Of a DNA stretch of 64,000 nucleotides, positions 45,030 to 53,979 are shown piece after piece; positions within the stretch are counted from its first letter, which is position 1, and each line of letters begins with the position of its first letter. The notes beneath the pieces are model-generated. The model was not told the DNA's origin and made no database searches. It was given only the letters and a program-made list of their open reading frames with translations. Made by a program: the position numbers and the translations under genes. Location of the stretch: positions 62,001 through 126,000 of the IMG/VR virus record IMGVR_UViG_3300025770_001492; one strand, 5' to 3'.

Positions 45030-47762
45030 TTATATTCCCACTATTGTAAAGCCTTCATCGTTTATATCTTTCAAAAGCTTTTCCTCTGCCTTGGAAGGCT
45101 CATGCTTTATTTCAACTTGTTCCGGTTTAGCCATGACGACGAGTCTGCCATCTGCTGCTTTTTCAGGTAGCTCCGAACGATTTCGTTTGGTCGGACTCTG
45201 AAAAACGTGACTGCTAAATCCGGGATCAGGTCGATTGATCCTCATTCTAAGAAAGTTACCTTGGCGGAATTCTCCGTCCCAATGCTCTATTTCTTCCTTA
45301 AATCTAACAAAATCATCTTCCCACATCGTCACCAGTCTTGTGTTAAAATTTTCATCTTGAACAGTAAAAACATAATAAGGATTTCCCTTTTTAGAAAGCC
45401 TCTCCTGTAATGATGACTCCTTTTTAGGAAGCCCTTTTTTATCCAAGCTTACTATCTGACATTCAATTGGTGCCCAAAGCAAGGTTGATTCCTCATCAAA
45501 ACGGTCAAAAGTCATTCCGCCTTTATAGTCAGGGCTGAACTCTATAGGATGCTGCCATGCGAATCCATAATACATCGATTCTGCAATGCCTAGCAACTCG
45601 TTGTAAACATTTTCAAATCCCGTGTCGATTTCTCCAGAAGGCATAAAATCAGCAAGAGTGATTGGCAGATCAGAATCTTTCTTCTTCTTCAAAGATTCGA
45701 CGTTTCTCTTGTACTTCTTTCCAATCTTTAAAATGTCTTCCAAATCATCTTTTAAGTGTTGGAAATTAAAATTCTCAAATTCAAATTCAGAAATGAAGAA
45801 ATCTTTCTTAGGCAAATCTAATAAACCGCTTTTCAGAATCTCTTTTAAAAAGTTTTCAGAGGAACCATCGCCCCCATTCTTGTAAAGAACGTAGTCCATC
45901 TCTTCTACAATTTTTAATTTAGATTTATCCGCACGCTTATCTCTGTCCTGACGCTTTTTTGTTTCATGTTTAAAGTACTCCCAAAATTCATGGAGCACCT
46001 TTCTGTCTTCCTCTTCTCCGAAGCAATTTAAGGCAATCAAAGGCTTTAGAACTTTTGAATCTGTGCCAAATCTTTGCAAGAAGTCATCAAATCCACTGTA
46101 TGGCTGTCCTTCCTCGATCTTATGAGAGACATCTTCCCCTATTCCCTTAATGTCAGAGAAGCCCATATAGACCAAATCATCAACAATTTCCCAGTTCCAA
46201 CCTGATTTGTTGATGTCTACCCTTTTTAGCTCTACACCATCTTTCTCTGCCTCAAGTTTGTAATCTTTAATTTTACCTGACTGGGTTTCGCATTGCAAAG
46301 TTCCACAATAAAACTCAATTGGAAAATGTGCCTTCAAGTAAAGAAGCCTAGACGAAATATAAGAATATGCGTAAGCGTGGCTTGCGTTAAATCCGTACTC
46401 TGAAAAAGCTTCCACTTGATCCCACAGTTCTTCAACTTCTTTCTTTTCCCAGCCGAGATTTGATTGCCCACGACCAACGAACTGCTCTTTATATCGAGCA
46501 AACTCCTTAACCTTTTTCTTACTCATTGCTTTTCTGACTTTTTCGCAATGAATAAGCGGAATGTCTCCCACGACATTCAAAATTTTCATAACCTGTTCTT
46601 GGTAAACCATAACTCCATATGTTCTGCCAAGAATTGGCCTGAGAATCGGATGCAAATCTCCATCCATGTCTGGAACTGGATTACTAACAGGCTCTTGTCC
46701 TCTTTTTCGCCTGATGTACGTTTTATCCATGTCCATATTAAGAGGGCCGGGTCTGTACAGAGCAGAATAAGCAGGTAAATCATCAAACCCTGTTACACCG
46801 CCTTTTTTAACCATCTCACGCATTCCATTAGAATCAAACTGGAAAATGCACTTTAGCTTTCCTTCATCCGCTAAAGCAATTGCTTTAGGGTCATTCAGAT
46901 AGGCAGTATCAGACCAATCGTCATCCGTGCCATCCAAAGCAGATATTGTCTTTATGTGAGGATGATTCCTTTTGACTAACTCGCTGATGGTTACAATTCT
47001 TTTCAAATCCGTAACAACCAAGAGGTCAAATTTAATCAAACCCAAAGGGCCTAAGTCGGTTCCAGACAGCCCTTCCACAAATGCAGAAACATAAGCGTCG
47101 TCTTTGCCCTTAACCAGTGGAACCAGTTTATTGATTCTTTGATCAGAAATGATTAGCCCACCAGCATGCATTCCCATTCCACGATTGCGATTTAAAAGCC
47201 TACGGGCAGCGTCTGCAACATCTGGATTGTCTTCGCAATATTTGCCCAATTTCTCAAATTGCTCTAAAGCTTTATCGAAAGTAAGAGTCTTGCCATCATT
47301 ATCTTTCAAGCCAAGCTGAGTGGTTAGTCCTATAATTTCATTTCGATCCTTATCATGGACCTTGGCCATATCAATTAAAGAACTTTTTATTCCGTAAGTT
47401 GTGTAGTTGCCAATTGCGCAAACATTTTCTTTTCCAAACTCTTTCGGTGCCCACTCAACCTTTAGATAATCACGAACTTGAGGTAAGTAATCTATATCAA
47501 TATCTGGAAACTCGCCCTGTACAGAAACTGGTGGCAAATTTATGTCGAAATCATCGACCAAGTCTAAAAGATAAGCAATTAAAAGATTGTTTTCATTGTT
47601 TTCAAATTTAGCTTTTTTAGAATGAAGATCTACAAAATACTCATGTTCCGCCTGAGCATCAAGCTCTTTAAGCTCCTCTCTTAATCGCTCTTTATATTCA
47701 GAAGAATCTAAGCCCTTTTTGGACATTCCTTCCACGCAAAGTTTTAGTAGTTGATCTCTCAT
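45030..47762 (-). CDS. dnaE: DNA polymerase III alpha, C-terminal polypeptide (catalytic palm, fingers, HhH, OB)
   Basis: FPDIDIDY, HAGG, KFDLL, FQFDS, ALYRPGP, YQEQVM, YGFNASHA and KAHFP; no PHP, no GPGRGS, no intein. Confidence 0.95.
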   Translation of the reverse strand: MRDQLLKLCVEGMSKKGLDSSEYKERLREELKELDAQAEHEYFVDLHSKKAKFENNENNLLIAYLLDLVDDFDINLPPVSVQGEFPDIDIDYLPQVRDYLKVEWAPKEFGKENVCAIGNYTTYGIKSSLIDMAKVHDKDRNEIIGLTTQLGLKDNDGKTLTFDKALEQFEKLGKYCEDNPDVADAARRLLNRNRGMGMHAGGLIISDQRINKLVPLVKGKDDAYVSAFVEGLSGTDLGPLGLIKFDLLVVTDLKRIVTISELVKRNHPHIKTISALDGTDDDWSDTAYLNDPKAIALADEGKLKCIFQFDSNGMREMVKKGGVTGFDDLPAYSALYRPGPLNMDMDKTYIRRKRGQEPVSNPVPDMDGDLHPILRPILGRTYGVMVYQEQVMKILNVVGDIPLIHCEKVRKAMSKKKVKEFARYKEQFVGRGQSNLGWEKKEVEELWDQVEAFSEYGFNASHAYAYSYISSRLLYLKAHFPIEFYCGTLQCETQSGKIKDYKLEAEKDGVELKRVDINKSGWNWEIVDDLVYMGFSDIKGIGEDVSHKIEEGQPYSGFDDFLQRFGTDSKVLKPLIALNCFGEEEDRKVLHEFWEYFKHETKKRQDRDKRADKSKLKIVEEMDYVLYKNGGDGSSENFLKEILKSGLLDLPKKDFFISEFEFENFNFQHLKDDLEDILKIGKKYKRNVESLKKKKDSDLPITLADFMPSGEIDTGFENVYNELLGIAESMYYGFAWQHPIEFSPDYKGGMTFDRFDEESTLLWAPIECQIVSLDKKGLPKKESSLQERLSKKGNPYYVFTVQDENFNTRLVTMWEDDFVRFKEEIEHWDGEFRQGNFLRMRINRPDPGFSSHVFQSPTKRNRSELPEKAADGRLVVMAKPEQVEIKHEPSKAEEKLLKDINDEGFTIVGI

Positions 47763-47768
47763 ATGAAA

Positions 47769-47797
47769 TTTATAACCTAAATCAATTACATTTGCAA
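47769..47797 (-). promoter_or_regulatory. putative promoter of the C-terminal dnaE gene
   Basis: TTGCAA-N17-TATAAA, 6 nt before the ATG. Confidence 0.35.
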
Positions 47798-47798
47798 C

Positions 47799-48200
47799 TT
47801 ATCTTTTTCTTTTGACAACATTTGAATCTTTTCTCTTTCTTCTTCTTTTTGGCTTTTCTTCCTCTTTTTCTTCCTCAACCGGAATAGGTTCTGGATCGAG
47901 TTGAAGAACAGACGAATCGGTCCACTTATGTCGATCCCACACCTGAACTGAACGGTTAAATTTTTGAAAAACCTTTTCTGCCTCGGTTTTTAAATCTTTT
48001 AAAGTGTTGCTTTCCTTGTAGTGAACGTAACAATTAGGATTATCTTCTTTAGACAAACCTAGAACATATCTGAACTCGTATTTGACCATTCCATATTCAT
48101 CAAATTCTAATTCAATTTTAGGTTTTTCTTCTTCGCCTTCTATTATTTCCTCTTCTATTATTTCCTCTTCTTTAATCTTCCTCTTTCTTCCCATTTTCAT
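47799..48200 (-). CDS. hypothetical protein with charged termini
   Basis: Likely start MKMGRKRK. Confidence 0.6.
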   Translation of the reverse strand: MKMGRKRKIKEEEIIEEEIIEGEEEKPKIELEFDEYGMVKYEFRYVLGLSKEDNPNCYVHYKESNTLKDLKTEAEKVFQKFNRSVQVWDRHKWTDSSVLQLDPEPIPVEEEKEEEKPKRRRKRKDSNVVKRKR

Positions 48201-48504
48201 TCCAGTATATTTGAGTGTGTTTATTGTTTTTGGAAAGCCATTCATGAACGTGATGGAGTGTATCAATACAATCTTGCTCAGTGAAATCCTTTAGCCTCTT
48301 TTTCTTTGGGAAATATGAATACTCTGAACTATCCGACCAGCCCTCGCCAGCAAGCTCCATCCCAAAGAGACCTTCTGCGTGCCCTAGAAACGAAGCCAGG
48401 AGAGACGTTACGTCTTGCAATTGTTTTAATTCATCAGAACTCATTTTTAATCCCAAATTAAAGTGCTTCTGTACCAATCCTTGACCCAAAAATGATCTCT
48501 CCAC
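48172..48504 (-). CDS. hypothetical protein
   Basis: ORF tiling in the operon; true start probably MSSDE. Confidence 0.5.
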   Translation of the reverse strand: MERSFLGQGLVQKHFNLGLKMSSDELKQLQDVTSLLASFLGHAEGLFGMELAGEGWSDSSEYSYFPKKKRLKDFTEQDCIDTLHHVHEWLSKNNKHTQIYWNENGKKEED

Positions 48505-48704
48505 ATGGGGTCAAGTTTATATGGATGCTCTTTGTAATAATCCATTAATTTTATATTCAGCATCCCTTTCATTTTGGCATACTCTACAGGATCTATTTCT
48601 TGGCCGCAATCCTGGCATGTATAGCTCCCAATTAAACTATACATGCCATTAAATGTTGCATTGTCGTGTTCGCAGATTAAGTCATCATAACTCTGATGCA
48701 TCAT
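48447..48704 (-). CDS. zinc-finger-like hypothetical protein
   Basis: CEH...CQDC; AAGGAAG upstream. Confidence 0.55.
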   Translation of the reverse strand: MMHQSYDDLICEHDNATFNGMYSLIGSYTCQDCGQEIDPVEYAKMKGMLNIKLMDYYKEHPYKLDPMWRDHFWVKDWYRSTLIWD

Positions 48705-48813
48705 CTGGGGCTTCCTTGAAAAAGTCTAAGGGGTATTCAACAACCGCACCTGTCTCCAACGGCTGAATTTCAAAAATCAAACTCAAGTCAACATATTGCC
48801 CGTGAAATATCAT

Positions 48814-49212
48814 TTAATGATCTCCCTCAAATATGTTTCCAATTACTTCTATTTCACCCAGAAAATCACAATGTAACCAACCGCCGTTGGGAACCCAGAT
48901 TCCCCAACATAGATTATCTAAAGTTTGATCACTGTTCCACTCAACAAACCCAACATATCTTTCGCCGCCAATATCTGAGTTGTCAAAAACAACTTTATCT
49001 CCCTCGTAAATGTCAACTCCATTTTTATCTACAAGACCAATCCACTGCTGAGTAATGATGCCTTCTATTGGATGTGACAACCGATGACAATTATGGCAGT
49101 CACTAGGGTTGGGACGAAAGCTGCTGCTGCATATGCCACGATTGCCAATATGCAGATTTTCCCTGAACATGCCAGAGCTTTGATCCCAGAATCTAAACCT
49201 AAACCTACTCAA
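48814..49212 (-). CDS. YopX family protein
   Basis: FRFRFWD...QWIGLVDKNGVDIYEGD...EVIGNIFE. Confidence 0.9.
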   Translation of the reverse strand: MSRFRFRFWDQSSGMFRENLHIGNRGICSSSFRPNPSDCHNCHRLSHPIEGIITQQWIGLVDKNGVDIYEGDKVVFDNSDIGGERYVGFVEWNSDQTLDNLCWGIWVPNGGWLHCDFLGEIEVIGNIFEGDH

Positions 49213-49231
49213 GTCATCTCCAATTTAAACC

Positions 49232-49450
49232 TCAATTATTTTCCGCAAATATCTCGTTAAAATAAGCCCTCGACGCTTCAGCGGTATCGTATCCGCTTGG
49301 ATTAGTCTCCATGAAATCAGCAACATCTGCCGATGGACCAATTTGAACTAATTCTTCAAAGCATTCACGACATATGTAACCGTATGTATGAGAGTACCTT
49401 TCACACATGACGTTAGGACAATTTCCTCTGGCACAGGGAAGAACACTCAT
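49232..49450 (-). CDS. Cys-rich hypothetical protein
   Basis: CARGNCPNVMC...ICRECF; AAGGA SD. Confidence 0.6.
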   Translation of the reverse strand: MSVLPCARGNCPNVMCERYSHTYGYICRECFEELVQIGPSADVADFMETNPSGYDTAEASRAYFNEIFAENN

Positions 49451-49480
49451 TTCTTTTCCTTTGATATTAGAGTTTCAAAC

Positions 49481-49509
49481 ATCTTAAAAAAATGTCACGC
49501 ATGAGTCAA
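49481..49509 (-). promoter_or_regulatory. sigma70-like promoter
   Basis: TTGACT-N17-TAAGAT. Confidence 0.6.
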
Positions 49510-49544
49510 TAAAAAAAAGCTCAGTCATGCTTCATAACTCATAA

Positions 49545-49577
49545 TAAAAAAGCTCCCCTCGCAATGCGAGGGGAGCT
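49545..49577 (-). terminator. intrinsic terminator of tmRNA
   Basis: 12-bp GC-rich stem agctcccctcgc/gcgaggggagct plus U-tract. Confidence 0.88.
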
Positions 49578-49581
49578 TCAG

Positions 49582-49937
49582 TGGACCGGACGGGAGTCGA
49601 ACCCGTGTGTTGCGCTACCTATTCAAAAGCGTCTACCTGTATAGTTTGATGTTTGAGTTTCGCATCATTAAACCACAACAAACAAAGGTTTAAATCAACT
49701 ATCAAACAACGAGTCTTAGTTCAAAAGTAGTTTGATTTGCTTTGAACGCATCCAGTATTGCGGCAAGTTGTCAAACGTCACTGGCAGACCTTTGAAACTT
49801 GGGCTACTTATAATTAAGCAGCCATAGCGAAATTAGTTTTGTCAACTAAATTTTTAATCGGATTTTTAAGGAGCCTTCCGATCAACTCCTACAGGCAACT
49901 CAAGAACTCAACAGCCAATCGATACCATTTCCAGCCC
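49582..49937 (-). ncRNA. ssrA: tmRNA, tag (A)DKTNFAMAA
   Basis: Acceptor stem GGGCTGG/CCGGTCC-A with G3.U70; T arm ACGGG-TTCGACT-CCCGT; tag frame 49843-49814 GAC AAA ACT AAT TTC GCT ATG GCT GCT TAA after TTTAGTT; CCA not encoded. Confidence 0.95.
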
Positions 49938-49947
49938 GTGTGTTTTA

Positions 49948-49976
49948 GTTATACGCAAAAAAGATATTTTTGTAAA
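49948..49976 (-). promoter_or_regulatory. sigma70-like promoter of tmRNA
   Basis: GTTTACA-N17-TATAAC. Confidence 0.6.
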
Positions 49977-49984
49977 CTTAATTT

Positions 49985-50305
49985 CTAATTTTTATGAGCA
50001 TCTGCCCATTTTGAATCTTCTGGAATGTCGTGTGTTTTGACGTAATCTCGCCACTTTTCATATCCATAAAGATCGATATATTCGCCTCTTCTTAGAGATC
50101 TTTTTTCTTCTGCCTGCTTGAGAATCTTTTTCCTATCTTGATCAAGCTTTGGATAATCGGCACGACCAGATTGCTGCGATGCTGCTGTATTCGCCCTCTT
50201 TAGCTTCTTTTCAAAAGATTTACTAGTTTTTCTCAACTCTTCCCGTCCTTCTAAGAACTTAGAAAAATTCATAAAATATTCAGTCTGTTTGTTGTGTGAT
50301 TTCAT
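49985..50305 (-). CDS. basic hypothetical protein with capsid-targeting-like motif
   Basis: TATATA-N5-ATG at 50305; MNFSKFLEGREE motif from the internal ATG at 50272. Confidence 0.6.
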   Translation of the reverse strand: MKSHNKQTEYFMNFSKFLEGREELRKTSKSFEKKLKRANTAASQQSGRADYPKLDQDRKKILKQAEEKRSLRRGEYIDLYGYEKWRDYVKTHDIPEDSKWADAHKN

Positions 50306-50321
50306 ACTATTATATACCAGC

Positions 50322-50963
50322 ATGGTAAAAATATATTCCAACATATTTCCAGGAAAAATCACTGGCAGCGAATTCTGGAACAGGAATGGCCACTTAAATG
50401 ACACCATCTGCTTTCTAAATGATTATTACAAATTTAATTTTTTATGTATACCCAAAAATGCCTCGAACACCATACGTAAAGAGCTTAATTCCAAAAGAGA
50501 AAAACTATTTTCCAAACTGAACAAGGATGAACAACTTTATCCAATTATCTGCTTTGTAAGACCTGTGGATGATAGATTTTGGTCTGCTGTCAATACTATT
50601 TTGAGAAGAAAAAACGGCAGCACTAGAATGTTTTTAAGAAACTGCGATAGTATCGAGAAATTAGCAGATTACATTGCCTCCGGTAACGACCCGCACCTTG
50701 CATCCGTTTCCGTCTTAACATCAAACATAAAACACACGGACATACGTTGGTATGATTTGAAGGTTTTAGACCAACTTAACATTTGCCACCCAAGCATAAA
50801 TCGCAATTTTGACACTTTAGACACATTGAAGCAGCTTGACATATTTGGATCAAAAAAAATCCAATCTTATTATGAAAAAGATTTTGAAATTTATGAAAAC
50901 TCAAAAAAAGAGATTGAAAACATTAAGTTGAAGAAGTTATGTCATAAAAAAAGCCTGTTTTAA
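50322..50963 (+). CDS. sulfotransferase family 2-like protein
   Basis: FLCIPKNASNTIR (5'-PSB) and FVRP..RFWSA (3'-PB) motifs. Confidence 0.7.
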   Translation: MVKIYSNIFPGKITGSEFWNRNGHLNDTICFLNDYYKFNFLCIPKNASNTIRKELNSKREKLFSKLNKDEQLYPIICFVRPVDDRFWSAVNTILRRKNGSTRMFLRNCDSIEKLADYIASGNDPHLASVSVLTSNIKHTDIRWYDLKVLDQLNICHPSINRNFDTLDTLKQLDIFGSKKIQSYYEKDFEIYENSKKEIENIKLKKLCHKKSLF

Positions 50964-50977
50964 AAACAGGCTTTTTT
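50946..50977. terminator. bidirectional terminator between convergent genes
   Basis: aaaaaagcctgttt/aaacaggcttttt inverted repeat. Confidence 0.75.
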
Positions 50978-51002
50978 ATTTCGGCTTATGGAAATTCTTG
51001 TT

Positions 51003-51680
51003 TCATCTCATGTTCATATAGCTTTTCATGGCGTCAGGCATTCCATCTGGAAGTCTTCTTTCACTGTGTTTCGATCTTAATCTTTCGAGTGGACCCATTT
51101 CGTCATCCATGCCCTCTTCGTCGTCTTCCATGTCTTCGTCGTCAGCATCCATGTCCATTTCGTCGGCATCCATGTCTTCGTCGTCGGCATCCATGTCTTC
51201 GTCGTCAGCATCCATGTCTTCGTCGTCAGCATCCATGTCTTCGTCGTCAGCATCCATGTCTTCGTCGTCATCCATGTCATCTTCAGTGCCCATGGGAGGA
51301 CCAACCGCTTCGTTTTTATTTTGCATAAATGCATCAAAGCTTTCTGGCCATGTTTTTGCCTCTTTGCCGCTGGCATCTGTGTCTGGACTGTAGATTAAGT
51401 TTTTGTCGCCATCGTCTCCAAGTCCTTTTTCTTTGCCACCATCTGCAACTTGCATCCCAGGGTCTTTACCAGCAGCTTTGTATGGTGCAGGCTTAGAAGT
51501 TTTACTTCCAGCTACGTCTTCCATACCTTTTCCATCATCCTTTAACTTACGACCAGCCTGAGACTTCTCTGGAGAAGCTGGGGTTGGACCGTCATAGTCA
51601 GCAACTTTTTTAGTGCTTGCCTTTTCTCTCGTCTTGCTTCTAGAGTCTATATACTCGTTCCAAGTTTTCCAATTGTTCAT
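51003..51680 (-). CDS. low-complexity acidic protein with MDADDED repeats (candidate head scaffold or internal protein)
   Basis: N-terminal WKTWNEYI, Lys/Gly/Pro-rich middle and D/E/M tandem repeat; GGAG SD. Confidence 0.7.
   Translation of the reverse strand: MNNWKTWNEYIDSRSKTREKASTKKVADYDGPTPASPEKSQAGRKLKDDGKGMEDVAGSKTSKPAPYKAAGKDPGMQVADGGKEKGLGDDGDKNLIYSPDTDASGKEAKTWPESFDAFMQNKNEAVGPPMGTEDDMDDDEDMDADDEDMDADDEDMDADDEDMDADDEDMDADEMDMDADDEDMEDDEEGMDDEMGPLERLRSKHSERRLPDGMPDAMKSYMNMR
51128..51277. repeat. coding 21-nt tandem repeat (MDADDED)
   Basis: About 6-7 copies of catccatgtcttcgtcgtc(a/g)g with no spacers. Confidence 0.92.
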
Positions 51681-51688
51681 CTTTTCTC

Positions 51689-51871
51689 CTAATGTGCATT
51701 TTCTGCTATTAGCATTATAATTAATAAAATGAGATAAAGCCCTAGGCCAGTGCCGAAAAATACAATGCCTAAAACAAATCCTAGTCTAACTGTTGTAGGG
51801 TTGATGTTTAAGTCTCTTCCCAATCCTGAACAGACACCAAACAAAACCTTATTGCCAAGATCTCTCTTCAT
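51689..51871 (-). CDS. PspC domain protein
   Basis: KRDLGNKVLFGVCSGLGRDLNINPTTVRL; AGGAG SD before ATG at 51871. Confidence 0.88.
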   Translation of the reverse strand: MKRDLGNKVLFGVCSGLGRDLNINPTTVRLGFVLGIVFFGTGLGLYLILLIIMLIAENAH

Positions 51872-51937
51872 AATATACTCCTGTTTTATATTTAGTGTAT
51901 TATGTGCTTTTTTTTTAAAGCATAAAGTATATATTGT

Positions 51938-52258
51938 ATGCAATTCAGAAAATGGCTAATAAAAGAAATGGCTCACATATCAATTGATGAACCAATCGAC
52001 ATTGGAGATCAAAAAAATGTATCTATGATTGATATGCAGTTTGAACTATATCCCGACATGACCCAGACAACTCTAGCTCACTGGATAGTCAACGGATTTG
52101 CCGCCAAAGTCCCAAATAGCAATTATTATATAGTTTTTGACGGAAAAACAGGAAAAGCAAAGGTGTCCGATTCGACAGAGAACAAAATGCAAGTTCCTGG
52201 CGAATGGCACAAAATGGCTTATATGTCGAGCGATATGCCAGCTTGGAAATCTGCGTGA
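51938..52258 (+). CDS. hypothetical protein with capsid-targeting-like N-terminus
   Basis: MQFRKWLIKEMAH; TATATA-N4-ATG. Confidence 0.65.
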   Translation: MQFRKWLIKEMAHISIDEPIDIGDQKNVSMIDMQFELYPDMTQTTLAHWIVNGFAAKVPNSNYYIVFDGKTGKAKVSDSTENKMQVPGEWHKMAYMSSDMPAWKSA

Positions 52259-52259
52259 G

Positions 52260-53640
52260 TTATTGATCTGACCAAACACGATCAGTTCTTCCTAGAAAAG
52301 GCGCAGACTCAATTGCTTCGTCCATGGGAATGGGATCAATATTCGAAAAAGATGGTTCTCCCGAAAATCTAAACTTAATTTGTTTTCCGCCACGAGCAGG
52401 ACTCAAAAATCTAGAAAACAATAGACCATGCTTGATTGGATCGACATCCGTTATCCCAAGACAGTAGCAACTAAGAGCACCAACTGCCGAGCCTCTTCCG
52501 GGACCGACTGCCGAAGAACCGCTGGAGCCATATGTCTCAAAGTACCATCTTCTGGCTTCATCGGTCATCATTTTTTGGATCAAAAAGTAAGAGGAAAAGC
52601 CTTTTTGGCAAATTAAAGAATATTCTTCTTCTATCCTATCCAAATATTCTTTATTCCTAGGAATTTTCCTCTTAACAACCCCTTCTATGATTGATTCCTT
52701 AAACTTAATGTCAGATTCGCTAAATGCAGGAAGTTTGATAGTTCTATCAAGCTTTACGCCTTTTGCTTTTTCGCAAAGGGCAACGGTATTTAACTTGGCC
52801 TGCTTAAGTATTTCGTAATCTATTACATCCTTGTAATCACTTTCCCACTTCGCATTTATCTCTTCTTCTGACTTCATCCATAAGTTTGAATCTTGCAATT
52901 CGAACATATCAGCCATGTCATTCTGTGCCAACGCTTGTTCGATTTGCTTCATGGTTCTTCCTGTTTGAACCATAATCATCTTTCTCTGCATTTCGCTGTC
53001 TTCTTTGAGACAGTAGTGGCAATCATTTGTAACAATAATTGGTAAATTATATTTTTGGCTGGCTTTTATTATAAACTCATCATAAGGCTTTTGTTTCGAG
53101 AAGTCTAAAAGCATTATTTCTAGATAGAAGTTTTCTCCGAACATGGCCATATATTTTTCGACCATCTCCATAGCTGGACCTTCGCCACCCACATCAAAAG
53201 CTTGTCCAATTTCACTGTTATAACAGCAAGAAGTGAATATAATTCCTTCTTTATATTGCATGAGGACTTCGTGATTGACTCTGGGTTTCCTGTAGAAACC
53301 CCTCGTCCAACCCCAAGATGAAAGAGTAACCAGATTGCTGTAGCCTGTTTCATTATAGGCTATGGCAAGCAGATGATTCGATTTTCTTAACTTGGCTTGC
53401 TCTTCTTGCGTACCCAGACCTCTATTGAATTCCGTCATAGAAGGAATAGTGGTCGTGTCAGGCTGCAACTGATTTACATAAAGCTCACAAGCAAATATAG
53501 GCTCTAGGTTGTTTTCATCGCATGCTCTAATCTGGCGTGGGACAGAACCCATCGCACCATGATCTGATATGCATAAAAACTTTTGATTTACCTGTTTAGA
53601 ATATTTTCCATATTCTTCAACAGTGGCGTATCCATCTAAG
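52260..53640 (-). CDS. dnaE: DNA polymerase III alpha, N-terminal polypeptide, exon 2 (PHP domain and first palm segment)
   Basis: LDGY, SDHG, ACELY, NHL, NDCHY, GPGRGS and FSRFLSPAR, then a short unrelated tail and stop. Confidence 0.93.
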
Positions 53641-53863
53641 CACAAACTCCACAGTTTCTTGTGGTGTAGACTATATCATCACCCCGAAGGGTGTCGGACG
53701 CTCTGGCCTGTAATTAAGAGGACTGAACCTCTCAGGTAGTCGTTGCACGTTCCAAAAGTGTACTTCTGGCTTCGCTCAGGATTGCCCTCGACTTTACGTT
53801 AGGGTTTCCCTGAATTCATCCGATTTGCATGCAAGATTTCTCTCACATGGCCCCAGTTAGTTA
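53641..53863 (-). ncRNA. group I self-splicing intron, 223 nt, no endonuclease ORF
   Basis: P1 GCCU|UA..UGGGGC with U.G at the 5' splice site; P2 with GAAA loop; P3 UCGGAUG/CGUCCGA; P4 UUCAGG/CCUGAG; P7 GACUA/UAGUC; P8 with UUCG loop; P9; terminal omega-G. Removal restores HTDFSLLDGY. Confidence 0.93.
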
Positions 53864-53919
53864 AGGCTGAAATCAGTATGTCTGTGTAGATGTTCAAAAC
53901 CTACAATCAGGTCTTTCAT
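53864..53919 (-). CDS. dnaE: DNA polymerase III alpha, N-terminal polypeptide, exon 1
   Basis: AAGGAG-N6-ATG; MKDLIVGFEHLHRHTDFS+CT carrying the PHP HxH motif. Confidence 0.9.
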
Positions 53920-53979
53920 ATTTTACTCCTTTAGATTCAAGATACTTTTCAAATTCGCCAGCGTCATATTTGCCATTAT

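Noticed and set aside
51128-51277. Regular short repeats as a possible CRISPR array
   Set aside because: The units are directly abutting 21-mers with no unique spacers and encode an in-frame MDADDED repeat; no cas genes are present
51028-51393. Overlapping ORFs 51028+, 51077- and 51089+
   Set aside because: Stop-free shadow frames produced by the tandem repeat; only the 51003..51680 frame has an SD and a sensible context
52260-52400. Split intein joining the two dnaE genes
   Set aside because: No N-intein block after RFLSPAR and no C-intein HN-(C/S/T) before PDIDID in the 47762 gene
53635-53645. ORF-track start MCLDGY for dnaE-N
   Set aside because: That TTG lies inside the intron 3' end; the real start is ATG 53919 with an SD, giving the required HxH motif after splicing
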